NCBI GenBank assembly: GCA_000826855.1
Contig: JTLS01000064.1
Coordinates: forward strand, 1 to 35,791
Length of the DNA stretch: 35,791 nt
Direction: 5' to 3'
Source: Basidioascus undulatus
Lineage: Eukaryota
Positions 23,894 through 35,791 of the stretch are shown here, in pieces (position 1 is the stretch's first letter; each line of letters opens with the position of its first letter). A program made the translations under genes and the position numbers. Under the pieces are notes generated by a model that saw nothing but the letters and a program-made list of their open reading frames with translations, did no database searches and was not told the DNA's origin.

Positions 23894-26461
23894 ATGTCGC
23901 CGTCCGCGCCGCGGAGCTCGCCGACAGCGGCGACGACGCCGTCTCGCCCGCCCCGGATCGAGATCCCTCAGAGCGCCGCGCCGACGTCGTACCGCAAGCA
24001 CTCAGGCTCGACCGCCGCGCAGTCGACGTCCTCATCTTCTCCGCCGAATCCCACCCACACGCACATCCCGCTGTCTCCCGGGTCTACCGAGAATGACCTC
24101 GAACGGCAGCGGATGCAAGACGTCGACTCTGCCCGGCAGATAAGCCGCGCGCGGAGCGGGTCCGTCGCCCAGACATTCACTCCCCGCGTCCGCCGCGGGA
24201 GTCGGTCGGCGGACGAGGACGTCGAGGAGGAGGAGGAGGAGTACGACGAGGATGGCGCGTTCATGTTTCCCCTTTCGGCCGGCGAGAAGGCGGAGATGGA
24301 GCACGCCAAGGCGGGAGGCGCGTACGACTCGGACAGGGAGGCGGAAGCCCCTCGGCAACGGCGCAGTACCCACTCGGTCGACGCCAGCGGACACGACCAT
24401 CGCCCGAGGCGCCGGCGTCCATCCACTAGCTCCAAGACGAGCCGTCGGCGGAGGTCCGGGAGCGGCGGCGAGGAGGAGGGCGACGAGGTCTCAGGAGCAG
24501 AGGCGATGCTGGCGCCCAACAAGTTCGACTTCGCCCACCTGGACGCTTTCGCGGCCGCCGAGTCTTCCCAGCTCGGTCTTCCGTTCTCTCCTCGTCCCGC
24601 TCCCGCACCGGCGCCAGATGCCGCGCTCCGCCAGCGTCCAGCCAAGCAGCGGCACCTCGCGCTGTTCGAGTCGGCTGGCGCTCCGCCTCCCTCCTTTCCC
24701 CCCTCGCCTAGCCCGTCCAAGCCTCCTGCGACCCCGGCAGAGGCAGACCCGTACGCGCCTCCGCCTCCGTCGCAACCCGATCCCGCTCCGCCACGTCCGA
24801 CCAGCGGCAAGGACTATCGCTTCTCGTTCTACTCGAACGCCCTCCCCGCGACGATCCACGCGCGCTCGCTTGCGGAGCTACCAATGCTCGGACAGGGCTT
24901 CGAGGAGCTTTTCTCCGGCCGGACGGCGTCGCCGTCATCCGGGAGCGACACGGCAGTCGCGAGCGAGGCGAACAAGGCGGCGGGCGGCGGCGGCGGCGGT
25001 GGAAGCGGAGCAGGAACGCCCAAGACGCAGCCGAAGGAGGTCGACCCCGAGGCCAACACCTGGTGGCTGGATGTCCTATCGCCAACGGACGCGGAGATGC
25101 GAATGCTGTCGAAGGTACGTTCTGTCTCCTCATTGCTTCATTGCTACGAAGTCTCGCCGACATCAAGGGCGTGCCACAGGTGTTCGGCATTCACCCTCTT
25201 ACGACGGAAGATATCCAAATGGAGGAGACGCGCGAGAAAATCGAGCTTTTCAGGACCTACTACCTCGTCTGTTTCCGCTCGTTCGACCAGGACCCGTACA
25301 GCCCAACGTACCTCGAGCCGCTTAACATGTACATCATCGTCTTCCGCGAGGGCACGCTGTCGGTTCGTTCCGTTCCTACTCCATTTCAGCTCCCGTGTTC
25401 GGTGGCCGACAACATGCGCTCTCATTGCAGTTCCACTTCCGCGGCACTCCGCACCCGCAGAACGTTCGCCGCCGTATCAAGCAGCTGCGGGATTACATCA
25501 ACGTGACGTCCGACTGGATCTCGTACGCGCTTATCGACGACATCACGGACGCGTTCGGGCCATTGATTCAGTCGATCGAGTACGAGGTCGACTCGATCGA
25601 CGAGCTCGTCCTGATTCTCAAGGAGAGCGAGCAGAGCGACATGCTTCGGCGGTGGGTCGTCTGCAACGCGTCGTCTGCAACGCGCAGCCCAAAGCGTTGA
25701 AAACTGACTTGAGAGGCTGCTTCCCAGGATCGGCACGTGTCGGAAGAAGGTCATGGGCTTGTTGAGGTTGATGGGCAACAAGGCGGACGTCGTCAAGGGC
25801 CTGGCGAAGCGTTGCAACGAGAACTGGTCGGTGGCGCCGAAGTCGGACATTGTTCGTCTAACCGCTTGCCGTCCTTCAGCTCTCTATTGCGAAAGCTGAC
25901 TCCCTCTTTCTTCCAGGGTCTCTATCTTTCCGATATTCAGGTTCGGCTTCATTCGCGCCTTCCAACTCCCTGACGAGCACTGTGCTGACCTCCATTCGTC
26001 GGAAACAGGACCACTTGATCACGATGACGCAAAACTTGAACCACTACGAGAAAATTCTTTCGCGCTCGCACTCCAACTACCTCGCGCAAATCTCGATCGA
26101 GATGACGGAGGCCAACAACCAGATCAACAACGTCCTTTCGAAGCTCACCGCGCTCGGTACGGTGCTCATTCCCATGAACATGATAACCGGTGCGTGTCAC
26201 ATTTGTGTTTGGAACATTTCTGTAGGGGTGATACTGACCGTACGCTGGACATGCAGGTCTGTGGGGCATGAACGTCCAGTACGTTTTTATTCAGTGCGTG
26301 GGTAAACACGATGAAGGTACTGATCTTTGGTGATGTGCTTCAGCGTACCTGGAGAGAACGCGCCCGGCCTCAACTGGTTCTTCGGCATCCTCGGGTGCTT
26401 GGTCGGCATTGCTACGCTCGTCGGTCTCATCACCTACCGGTGCATTGTCCGCCAACAATAG
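23894..26461 (+). CDS. ALR1: CorA-family Mg2+ transporter, fungal Alr1-like
   Basis: Motifs WWLDVLSPT, FGIHPLTTEDI, REKIELF, DWISYALIDDITD, YLSDIQDH, YEKILSRSHSNYLAQ, and TGLWGMNVHVPG (GMN motif) between two TM helices. Stop TAG at 26459-26461. Confidence 0.93.
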
Positions 26462-27025
26462 ATGTGCGCTCTCGTCGCGTCACGTCACCGCACTCGGTCC
26501 GGTGCCTTTATATCCCTCTGCGCCGCTCGGCGTTCCTGATTTCTTCCGCGCGTGTGCTTCCTCCTGGACTCCGCCTGCCGCACATCTTTCATCTCGTTGG
26601 CACCGCTCCATGTTCATTCTTGGGTTTCTGGCACTGCTTCATCACGATCGCTTGATTATCTTCTCATTCGCATTATGTCGTTCTTCGCATTCATTTCCGC
26701 ATACACACTGACTTCCTGTACACGTCTCGCATTTACCGTTCGCATCGCTTTTGGTGAGTTTGCCGTCAGTTAGGCGTGGTGTTTGTGGAGTCTGTCCGTT
26801 CTTTGGTCAAAAGCGGCAAGCATGCGCCAGTACGACTCTCTGCACTTGCCTGCGCTCACGGCCCATGCAAACATGGACTTGCCGGACGGACCAGATTTCC
26901 GCCGCAGGACGCAAACCTCGGAAGCCCTCCACCGCATCACAAGGTACTTGCACTTGAGCCGCCTCTAACCGTCGCATATCAACGTTGACCCGTCGCCCAC
27001 TCACCCCGTACCACCACATCTCGCT

Positions 27026-28815
27026 ATGCTGAATCTGCCCACTTACGATGAACTTCCCTCGCGGGAGGGGATCAAAGGCTGCGCTTGGGGGGTGTTTGGC
27101 GAGAATGACCAGCTCGGGACGGTCAATCTCCTCACGCCAGAGGTACGCCCGGTCCATTATCTCGCCGTAGGATGACCATCCCCGTTGAGCACATGTTTCC
27201 AGATCGTGAAGTCCGCAGCTACGGAAATCAAGGTACTTCGTCCAGCGGCGAACACAGGAGCAGGACTTTCCGGCTAAATGCCGACAGACACCGCCCGCAG
27301 ACGGGACAGATGGTTTCGCTCAACTGGCCTATGCACCTTCCCTTAGAGCCGTTCTTCAAGCGCAAGGTATTGAGGCTCTTTCCATCCGTAAAAATCCGGT
27401 TGCGGCTGAAGTATTCTGAGGCGGCTCGCAGAAAGCGCATCACTTCATCAAACCTCGCGGCGGTCCGCGAGCGGACGACGGTGAGCTGCTGACACCAGGC
27501 CCTGCCATCGCTAGGCGACTGACTAGATGGGGAGCCTCAAACTCAAGAGATCCATATCAACACCCAGGTGAGGGAATACCTGGGCTTCCGGCGAAGCGAA
27601 GAAACTGAAACGACCGAAACTTCTTTTGTAGTCGGGAAGTCAGATTGACTGCCTTCGCCATTTCGGTTCGTAAACCACTGATACATCCTCAATGTCAAAC
27701 AATCACGCTAACGAGTTCCCATAAACTAGGGCATAACGCGCTCGGCACCTTCTACAACGGGGTCAAACCGGAGGTTAACAAGCTTGGGGTGCCGGACCTG
27801 CCGCACGACCCGAAGCTGGTAGACCCGGCCGACATCGAGTTGGGTGTTCAGAACTGGTCGGTGTTGTCGTGTGACTGTGAGTTCCCGCTATGTGACATAC
27901 CAATCTGACATTCCTTTAAAGGGCAAACCACGGCATTTCCGGCCGCGGCGTGCTGCTGGACGTGTGGGGGTACTTGGTCCGCCAAACTGGCGAAGCGCGT
28001 CCGTACGACGCCTGCACGTCTGTGCCCATCTCGCTCGACCTCCTGAACGAGGTTGCGCAAGCCGAGGGTATCCAGTTCCGGCACGGCGATATCCTGCTGA
28101 TTCGGAGCGGGTTCACTGTCCGGTGCGGTCTTTGTCGTCGCAGTCGGCTTCTTGTTTCGAGCTGCTTAAATTGTGGGCTCTCCAGCTACTACGACTCGAC
28201 TAAGGAGGAGCGCGAATATTGGGGCACAAGGCAGCAGGATGCTTTCGCCGGTATCGATCAAGTTGGGGATGACATTCGGAGATTCCTCTGGTGCGTTGAT
28301 GACTTGCCGGGCTGTCCGGGCGACACAGCACTGACGAGTATGTTTTGTCCAGGGACAACCACTTCGCGATGGTTGGAGGTGAGCCGATTTTCTTGAATCA
28401 ACTGTAGTCGAGCTCTAACTTGGGACTTTCTGATCTCAAGGCGACGCACCTGCTTTCGAGCGTTGGCCGCCTCCGCAGGGCGAGCCGTATCTGCACGAAC
28501 ATCTGCTGGGCATGTGGGGTGTGCGTCGCATCCGCTCTCTTTCCATTGGTTGAATCATATCCAGATCTGACATGCAGCTCCTCTCCATAGTGCCCGATCG
28601 CCGAGATGCTCGATCTCGAGAGACTCGCCGAGGTGTGCAGCGAGCAAAAACGGTGTGTCGTCTGACTTTTCCACCGGGAATATGCAGCGTTCTCCTAGAA
28701 GCAACCTATTCTGACAGCCCAGGGGTGTCACAGATGGACTTTCTTCCTCTCCAGCTGGCCGCTCGCCTCGTATGGCGGCATCGCGAGCTTGGCAAATGCC
28801 GGCGCAATCTTATGA
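27026..28815 (+). CDS. Cyclase-family (kynurenine formamidase-like fold) putative metal-dependent hydrolase
   Basis: Spliced product LPTYDELP..AWGVFGENDQLGTVNLLTPE..VSLNW..NTQSGSQIDCLRHF..GISGRGVLLD..GDILLIRSGF..W|DNHFAMVGGDAPAFE..LHEHLLGMWGCPIAEMLDLE..GGIASLANAGAIL*. All joins are in frame. Confidence 0.9.
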
Positions 28816-29559
28816 GCACGGCTATCCCGTTCTGTAATCTTGAACATTTTTTGGGCCTCCGGATCATGCCTGAAGTCACAATACCGGTTCTGCCTGACCA
28901 TTAGTTACCCCGTTTATTTGTTCATGCGCAGACAGCTGGTAACCTGGTTGAATGAGACTGGCGTTACCAACTACGCCCGTGAAGCATCGTCTGGCATTAC
29001 AGGGACAGGTTTAAAACTTCTTCAGTTTAAATCTCGGCGAATGTTACTTCAATACTGGCTTGCTGCTCACATCGTCTGAGTGTCTGCTCACTGCTTCATG
29101 ACGGCACGTTCGACCTTGCACAGGTTCCCGTCAGTCAATGGCAACCAAAGGATGCGAAGGGCTGGCACCACAAGAGAATACGTAGCATGAAGACTTTCGG
29201 CGCGTCAGGCATGCAACGACTCCCGAAAACAGGCAAGCAGACGCCGTGAGGTAGAAGTAGAGGCACCTTGCAACGACCACGTAGAACTTGCATGCTCGGC
29301 CTGGCTGTCGTTTAAAACATCCGAATCTATGTCACTTCTTTAAATATCAGTTCAGGCAAGACTGTTCCGCTGGGCCACCAGTCGCTTTGGATGCACCACG
29401 TCGTATTCATGCAGTAGTGTTGCGGCCGCCATCGCACCACGTGAGGGAGCAAAGCTCTTTCGGAACCACAGCAAAACACCATATTGAGTTTTCAATTCCG
29501 AGTTTGTGCATTCCAGATAACTCTCTCCGACCTGAAAATTTAGATCTTATATTGCCATC

Positions 29560-29632
29560 GGGCATTTGGTGTAGGGGCTATCACATCTCATTCGCATTGA
29601 GGGGGTCCCCGGTTCAATTCCGGGAATGTCCA
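29560..29632 (+). tRNA. tRNA-Ala (anticodon CGC), intronless
   Basis: Acceptor stem GGGCATT/AATGTCC with the G3:U70 alanine determinant and discriminator A. Anticodon arm TCTCA-TTCGCAT-TGAGG (CGC at 29593-29595). T-loop GGTTCAATTCC. A downstream T-run follows. Confidence 0.95.
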
Positions 29633-29658
29633 TTTCTTTTGCCATTTATTTTTTTTTG
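29633..29658 (+). terminator. RNA polymerase III oligo-T terminator of the tRNA gene
   Basis: TTTCTTTT directly after the tRNA, with a longer T-run at ~29649-29657. Confidence 0.6.
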
Positions 29659-30132
29659 TCAAGCATGACGAAGAATAATGGGTAGGTAAAGAAGGCAGAG
29701 GACAACTCAGGCAGTGAGTGAATGAGCCCTGCAAGAGCCCTGCGGATTTGCCCGCAGCCTGCCACGCCCTGCAGCCTACCGCCGCGCCGCCGCTCTCCCG
29801 AATAGGTCGAGGGATTCGAATGCACTCTCTCTCCGAATCATTTGAATGCCCAGACATCGTCCACGGTGGGATGGGCAAGGCCGCCCTCAGGGATGGGAAG
29901 CGAGCGGAAAAACCTTTCGCCAGCTTTTGTTTCGCAGTCCTCCCTCATCCGCACCCATGCACGTACACAAAGGACAGGCGAAGACTCATACTTGCACAAC
30001 ACAACACGAGAGCACAGTTCACAAAGCAAGCCCTGCCTGGCAGCCGACCCGCCAACTCATCAACCCCCCCACCTCAACCCCAAGCCCGCCTGTTCAAGAA
30101 TCTCATCCCCCGAGCCGACCTGATTCCACCCA

Positions 30133-32988
30133 CTATCGCTTTTCCAACGCAAACGCCACATAGAGATCTGCCATTGCCCCGCCCTCACGATCAGCGCCTG
30201 TTCCCACCCCGCGACAAGAACAGGAAGGCGAGAAGGAAGTGATGAAAAATGAACAAACGCACTGGCAGCCTCCCACTGGTCCTCAGTCATGTCCGTCTCG
30301 CCCTCGCGGTTGACGACGTTCATGCGCTCAAGGAGCGGGCCAAACTCGCGCGACTCCTGCTCCTCCGCAAAGACCTCGTGGAACTCCTTGCGGTAGAGCA
30401 CGTGGAGGTTGTACTCGTGGGCGAGTCTGCACCCCACCCCACAGGATCAACATCAGGGAAAATCCGGAGAAAGGGGGGAAGGGGAAAAAGGGACGAACAA
30501 CTCGAACACGTCCCAGTGGACGACGAACTCGGGCGCGTCGACGGCGTCCGAGAGGTAGAACCAGTAGCGGTGCCCGAAGTCTGCGCCTGCTGGGTCAGGC
30601 TCGCGCGCGTCAAACTTGATCGTGTACACGTCGTTGCCGAAGGCGAGCTCGTCCGCGTCGTCCGGGATCTCGCGCAGCTGGGTCCTGTTTTTCCTCCGCC
30701 GCACACTCAGCATCTCCGGAACCAGAACTGGGCCAGACGAGCAAAGTGGGGAGACGGGAAGGGGGAGACGGAAACGGAAACAACGGAGAAAGGGAGGAAG
30801 GGAAGGGAGGAAGGGATAAGGGGGAGAAGGATGAAGGGAAGAGAGGGAGAGAGGAGTCTGGGAAGGGCGGGAAGAAGGGGAAAGAGGAGAGCGAGCTGGG
30901 ACCGACAGGAGTTTGTCCGCGTTGGGTATCGTCCCCAAAAAGATGCCCCCCGGGCGGAGGTGGCGCGAGACATTGTCGAGCATCGTGCGCGCCTTGTGCT
31001 CCGTCTCGAACGCGTAATGCATGCAGAACTGCATCGAGACGACGTCGAACGGCGCCGAGAGCCAGGGCGCGGGCACGTGTGCGTCGATGGGCTCCTGGGA
31101 ACCATCAGCACCCGCCCCCCGTGCCATTCGTCAGTAACGAGGAGGGACAGAGGTAGAGGGGACAGGGATGGGGATGGGAAAGAGGGGATGGAAGGAGGTG
31201 AGGAAGGACGCACAGAGAAGCAGTCGAACGCGGCAAAGAACGCGTCGAACCGGTTCTGCCGGATCTGCTGCCACCGCGAGCGCGCCTGCTCGATCGAGAC
31301 GTCGGCGATGTCTGTGTGTGCGGGGTGCGTGGAAGAGAACGGGGGATGGAACGGGGGATGGAACGGGGTGGGGTGCATCAGCGCTGCTGATCGGGGAGTG
31401 TACCGCGCAGTCACGCCCAGCTACTCGGCACCCAGCACCGGCCGTCGTCCGTCCAACCCTTCCATGCGTCCATCCACTCATCCCATCCTCCACCCAGTCG
31501 CAGCCGCATCCCCCTCCGCACCTGTCTGCCCTGCCCTCCCCCGCGGCCCCTCCCCAAAAAAATTCCCCAGTGCCGCAAAACGAGATGGGTCCTACTCACC
31601 GAGCCCCACATACCCCCTCACCCCCGCCTTCTTCCACTTCTGCAGATCCCCGCCCTTCCCGCACCCCATATCCAGCACCTTCGCCCCTCCTCCCCCGCCG
31701 CGATCTCGCCCGCTGGGGCGAGGGACAAACTTGCCGATGAGGACGGACTTGATCCAGTTGTTGAACGCGCGCAGGCCGTAGATCGGCGAGGCGCGCCGCG
31801 CGTCGATGCCCGTTTCGGGGCGGGCGTTGTCTGGGCAGCGGAGGAGCGAGAGGTTAGGGAGGAAGAAAGGGAGAGGGAGTCAGGAGAGGAAAAATGGAGA
31901 CGGGAGACGGGAGTGGGAGGGGTGAAGGTAAAGAGGAGATGGTGGAAAGGAGAAGGGGAAAGGAAGAGAGAAGACGAACAATGCGAAGCGACCGTGCCCG
32001 AGTCGCCCTCGTGCATCGTTTTCCTCCTTACCAGCGGGCGTTCCAGCCCTGCCTCGTCGGTAGCCTCGCTCAAGCCGCGCTTGCTCCCATGAGGGCTCTC
32101 ATGCGCCGCTTTCCTACCATTCGAGGGGATGGCGACCGCAGCGGGCGTCTCGAGGAGAAGCTGCTTTGGGCGCCGGAGCGGATTGGCGCTGTTGCGCGGT
32201 GCGAGCGCCTCGGCCTCCTGGGTCGTGAGCGGGCGGAGGACGGAGGACGGAGGAGCGGAGCGCGAGGGGTGATGGGGGTTGTAGGGCTTTGCGAAGCGCT
32301 TGGGCCCGGCGGCGGGGGTTGGGGGAGGCATGGTGCTGCTGGATGCGGCGGAGGAGGAGGAGGAGGGGCGCGGCAAGGGGACGTGCGGTGAGGTAGTGCT
32401 GGTGCTAGTGCTGGTGCGGGTGGATGTGGATGGGGAGGAGCGGGAGGGGGGGCGAGGGGATTGGGAGCCGGGCGAGGAGATGGGGAGGGCGGAGGGGAAG
32501 GAGAGCGAGGGGCGGCGCGACGAAGGGGAGTGCGAGTGCGCGGCTGCCGCGGCCGTTGTCGAACTTGACGGGAGGGGCGCCGGGCCTGGCACGGCGTCGG
32601 GGGGTACGCTGGCGGGTGTGCGTGGGTATCCCGAAGGACTGCGCTGAGAACCCCGCGAAGAAGTGAACGGGTGGGGTGGGTGGTGGGCGTCTGGTTCAGG
32701 GCCTGAGGGCAGGCTGGGGCGGCGTGGTGGAGGGGCAGGGGAGAGGAGGGAGTGGACGGAGATGGGCGAGGCGGAGGGCGTGGGCGGCTGGGTGTGCGGT
32801 GCTGGTGCAGGTGGTAGGGGCCCGGTGTCGTTTAGGAGGAGGGAGAGAGAGCTCCCGCGGGGTTTGGAGGTCGTGGTGCTGATGGTGGGGGACGAAGGCG
32901 GGTTGTGTGTAGGCAGGAGGAGGGAGGAGAGGGAGGACTCCTCGGACGGGGACTGCACGACCATGTCGCGGATCGGGTCGTACGGCAT
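30133..32988 (-). CDS. ABD1: mRNA cap guanine-N7 methyltransferase with a long Pro/Ser-rich N-terminal extension
   Basis: Motifs VASH|YNARP..SPIYGLRAFNNWIKSVLI, VLDMGCGKGGDLQKW (SAM motif I), DIADVSI, FDVVSMQFCMHYAFE, LRPGGIFLGTIP, PEFVV and WEAA|NLYVAFALEKR*. Stop TAG at 30135-30133. Confidence 0.96.
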
Positions 32989-33760
32989 TTCGGCTGCGTC
33001 TGCGAGCAGGAATAGTGTGTTTGTGGGGACTGGGAATGGGAATGTCTGGCAGGGGCGGAGGCGGGGGCAGGGGGAGCGAGGGGAGGCGAGCGGCGCATTC
33101 GGTCCCCCTCTCGTGCTGCGATCGCCTGCGAATCGGTCGGCGCTACAAGAGTCGGGTACGCTGCTGATACCGTCGCTGTCGCTACCAGAGCCGTGAAAAA
33201 GAAGGGGAAAAAAGAGCTAGTGCGAGGGATAAGGACGAGCTGCGGAGTGCGAACGGGGGTTGATGGGCCCGTTGTGAGCGGCGCAACACGCGGGTCAAAA
33301 GACGGAATCCGCGGCGTCACCATGGATTATCTGGGTAGGCACGCATTGCAAACGCATGCCGCTCGATTCCGCTCCAGACAACACTCATTGCTCTTCTCGC
33401 TCACCAGGAGCTCAAAAATGAGCAGTTCACAATCCAGACTTGCAGCTCGTGGTTGCTGTATGCTGATTTGGCAACGTTGCAAGGCCCGATTGATATAGAC
33501 GACGATTCGGCCGCGGACGCGGACGACCAACACGAACACGTCCGACGAGGACGAGGACGAGCTCAAGCTGACCCAGAGCCGTACTATCGCTGTCCCGGGA
33601 GGGCGGGCGAGGACGTGGACAAAAAGTGCGCCGAGTTTAAAAAGAGCTTTATAGCGAAGGTGAGTGAGCGTCAGCGGAGGTCTAGCGTTGAGGACTCGCT
33701 TGTGGGTGCGGCGAGGTGGACGCGACTGGGACGGGCGCTCGCGTCGGAGGCACTGCGCGT

Positions 33761-33960
33761 CAGGCCAGGTTTTGCGGTCCAGGAAATGAGGGCGGAAAGG
33801 CGCCTTTCATATGGGCCTGTGAAAAATTCACTGAATTTGCCTTTCCTGTGAAGGGCAAGGTGCCGAAAAGCGAACTTTCCTGCGAGCGCGTAGAGGTCGC
33901 TGGAATTCAACTTTCACGAGCCTTTCCTGCCGTCGCAAAGGCGACTTTCGGCCTGGCCGC
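33761..33960. repeat. Cluster of GGAAA/CTTTCC motifs (cluster A)
   Basis: GGAAAGGCGCCTTTC at 33794, followed by several (C/A)CTTTCCTG copies. Bounded by the short inverted pair GGCCAGG/CCTGGCC. Confidence 0.4.
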
Positions 33961-35017
33961 AGAAAAGATACAGCAAAGATCCCTTTGCTACACTAGCATT
34001 GTCCCGTAACATCACTTTCATGCCGTAACTCAGCCAGCCGCACTTGGGCGCGGCCGTGCCAGTGTTCTCCCCGGGCTCATCTCGTGCACCCTGGACACCC
34101 TCTGCAGCCCTGGACACACTTACGATCCAGTTGTTACGACTAGCACGCTGATCGATCTCGGCACCACCACCACCGTCACCGTGAACATCTCCCCCTTCCT
34201 GACCAGTTCCGTTCCTCTCACGGGTGGCCTTGCCCACTGTCAGAGCCTTGGATGGCGCCGAGGGCGAGAAGGGGCGACCTACCGCCTGAATGCTGGCGAA
34301 GGTGAGCCCTCATGCTGTATGGTGCTTAATTTAGGGGACGAGTTGATTAAGGATCGACTAGGCTTCGACTGACCAGCCTCATTCTCCCGCCCGCTCGGTG
34401 CGCTCTCACGATCCTCAACTACCCTCTCCCGAATTCACCTAGCTGATGCTCATCCATTTGCACCCGACCCTCGAGGCGTACTTACAAAATTCTGGCTCTT
34501 CAAAACGTGATCTTCGAGTTCATGTCGACTGTGCGTTCATCCAGACGATCCGTCCTTACGTGTTCATTTCGTGGCTGACAACCTTTCCCCACAGACTTCG
34601 CATTCTCAATATCGTTGAGCGCTTTTCAATCTCTTCCCTGCGACTGTGCATTTGAGGTAGTTGGCATGAGCTTCTCAGGCAGCGTCGCCAGCAGCTACCG
34701 CTTGCTCATGATGTCGCTGGTGAGGGAGAGGTGGAGACGTCCCTCGAGCGAGCAAGCTGGGTGGTAGTGATATCCTTGTCTGGCTTTTGAGGGGAAAGCA
34801 GCGGGGGACAGCGCGCGTGTGCGCGGCAACACAGCCGTAGTGGTGGACACTGCGCCTCTGTACTGCACTCTACTTGACATTTCGCTCGCGCTCCCATTCG
34901 TGTCTAGCCTATTTTTATCCTATCTGTATATCTCTTCTCAAAGAAACCGAAAAAACTTGGAAGGAAGTGACGAAAGCAGCGCCTAGCCAGCCCCAGCAGC
35001 GCGGGCCTGATGACAAA

Positions 35018-35200
35018 GCACCTTTCCTGCACCTTTCCTGAGCCTCTGCTGCGGGGTGCCCGCCCGGTACAGGTCACTGAAAGTCGGCTTTTCCTAACCT
35101 TTCCCGGATCCAGTAAATGTACCGGAAAGGGGCAGGAAACGTCCGGGAAACGTCCGGGAAAGGCGCCTTCCCTTCGCCTTTGCTACCCCTGAAAGGTGGC
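35018..35200. repeat. Cluster of CCTTTCC/GGAAA motifs (cluster B)
   Basis: Tandem GCACCTTTCCT copies from 35017, tandem GGAAACGTCCG x2 at 35135-35156, and GGAAAGGCGCCTT at 35157-35169 (identical to 33794-33806). Confidence 0.45.
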
Positions 35201-35472
35201 CGTGACGCGCAGTGAGGCGTTTGGTCTTGCTCTTTATCTCTTGCTCTTTATCCACCTTGCTCGCTCGCTTGCCGTTCCCAAGAAACACGCTACCATTTCA
35301 CGGACGACCACCATTTCCATCCACTCAGCACATCCTCGCATCCCACTGCGGCCCCATCAGCGCCCCCCCCCCAAACCCAACCTCACCCTTCTTCCCTCAC
35401 CCTATTACAGCCCAGAGACCCGTACTGCAACGCCTTCGAAGACTTCTCCGACCCGTCCCCCACCTCTCGTGC

Positions 35473-35791
35473 ATGGACCCGCATCCGCCGACCGCGGACG
35501 CGCGGAGCGTGATTGTGCACTACCTGAAGGACCACCTCGAGCTGGGGGCGGACGAGGCGGGGCAGCTGGCTGGTGCGTTAAGGTGGTATGCCTTGGTCCT
35601 ATTCTGGTGCGTCGAACGCTGATATGGGTGCATGCTGGGGAACGGGGCTCTGACAGACGCGGCCATCGCTTCCGGATCACCGAGCACCCTCACTCCCTCC
35701 TCCGCTTCCTCCAAGAAGCACACCCTCGGCCCCTCTCCCGGCCCCTCCCGCGCCCCTGCCTCCGCCGCCGCCTCATCAGCCATAGATCGGA
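35473..35791 (+). CDS. 5' end of an unidentified protein-coding gene (runs off the right edge)
   Basis: ATG 35473 gives MDPHPPTADARSVIVHYLKDHLELGADEAGQLA. Intron 35573-35656 (GTGCGT..CTGACAG) joins in frame to DAAIASGSPST..., which stays open to the window end. Confidence 0.65.

Noticed and set aside
26873..26968. Upstream ATG ORF (MDLPDGP...) as an extra first exon of the cyclase gene
   Set aside because: No suitable AG acceptor before ATG 27026, so the start was left at 27026.
30249..31781. 510-aa plus-strand ORF, and similar long ORFs at 23968-24810, 19335-19844, 21269-22285 and 272-802
   Set aside because: Antisense shadows of real GC-rich genes; they read through introns and carry no family motifs.
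33418..33666. Exon-like acidic segment with an acceptor near 33498 and donor GTGAGT near 33660
   Set aside because: Coding-like character switches frame and no downstream exon was found; too weak to call.

Overview
Eukaryotic, intron-rich, GC-rich fungal DNA. The short (~55-75 nt) GT-AG introns with CTGAC/CTAAC-type branch sites and the gene content suggest a basidiomycete, probably Microbotryomycetes-like (inference). All exon joins were assembled by eye. Apparently intact genes: an SLC25 mitochondrial carrier (partial), an uncharacterised protein with a Trp/Cys-Cys tail, the Chz1 histone chaperone, an ExoIII/APE1-type AP endonuclease, a ~1,550-aa protein with SYCP2/Rec10/Red1-like meiotic-axis architecture, an Alr1-type CorA Mg2+ transporter, a cyclase-family hydrolase, tRNA-Ala(CGC), the Abd1 mRNA cap methyltransferase, and a partial gene at the right edge. 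Between ~7 and 15.3 kb lie three frameshifted gene relics and an 815-bp non-autonomous hAT-type element with TIRs and a perfect 8-bp TSD. I found no clear evidence of a wholly new multi-gene system. The best leads are the divergent axis-core gene, the hAT element, a possibly dual-targeted APE1, and the local patch of gene decay.
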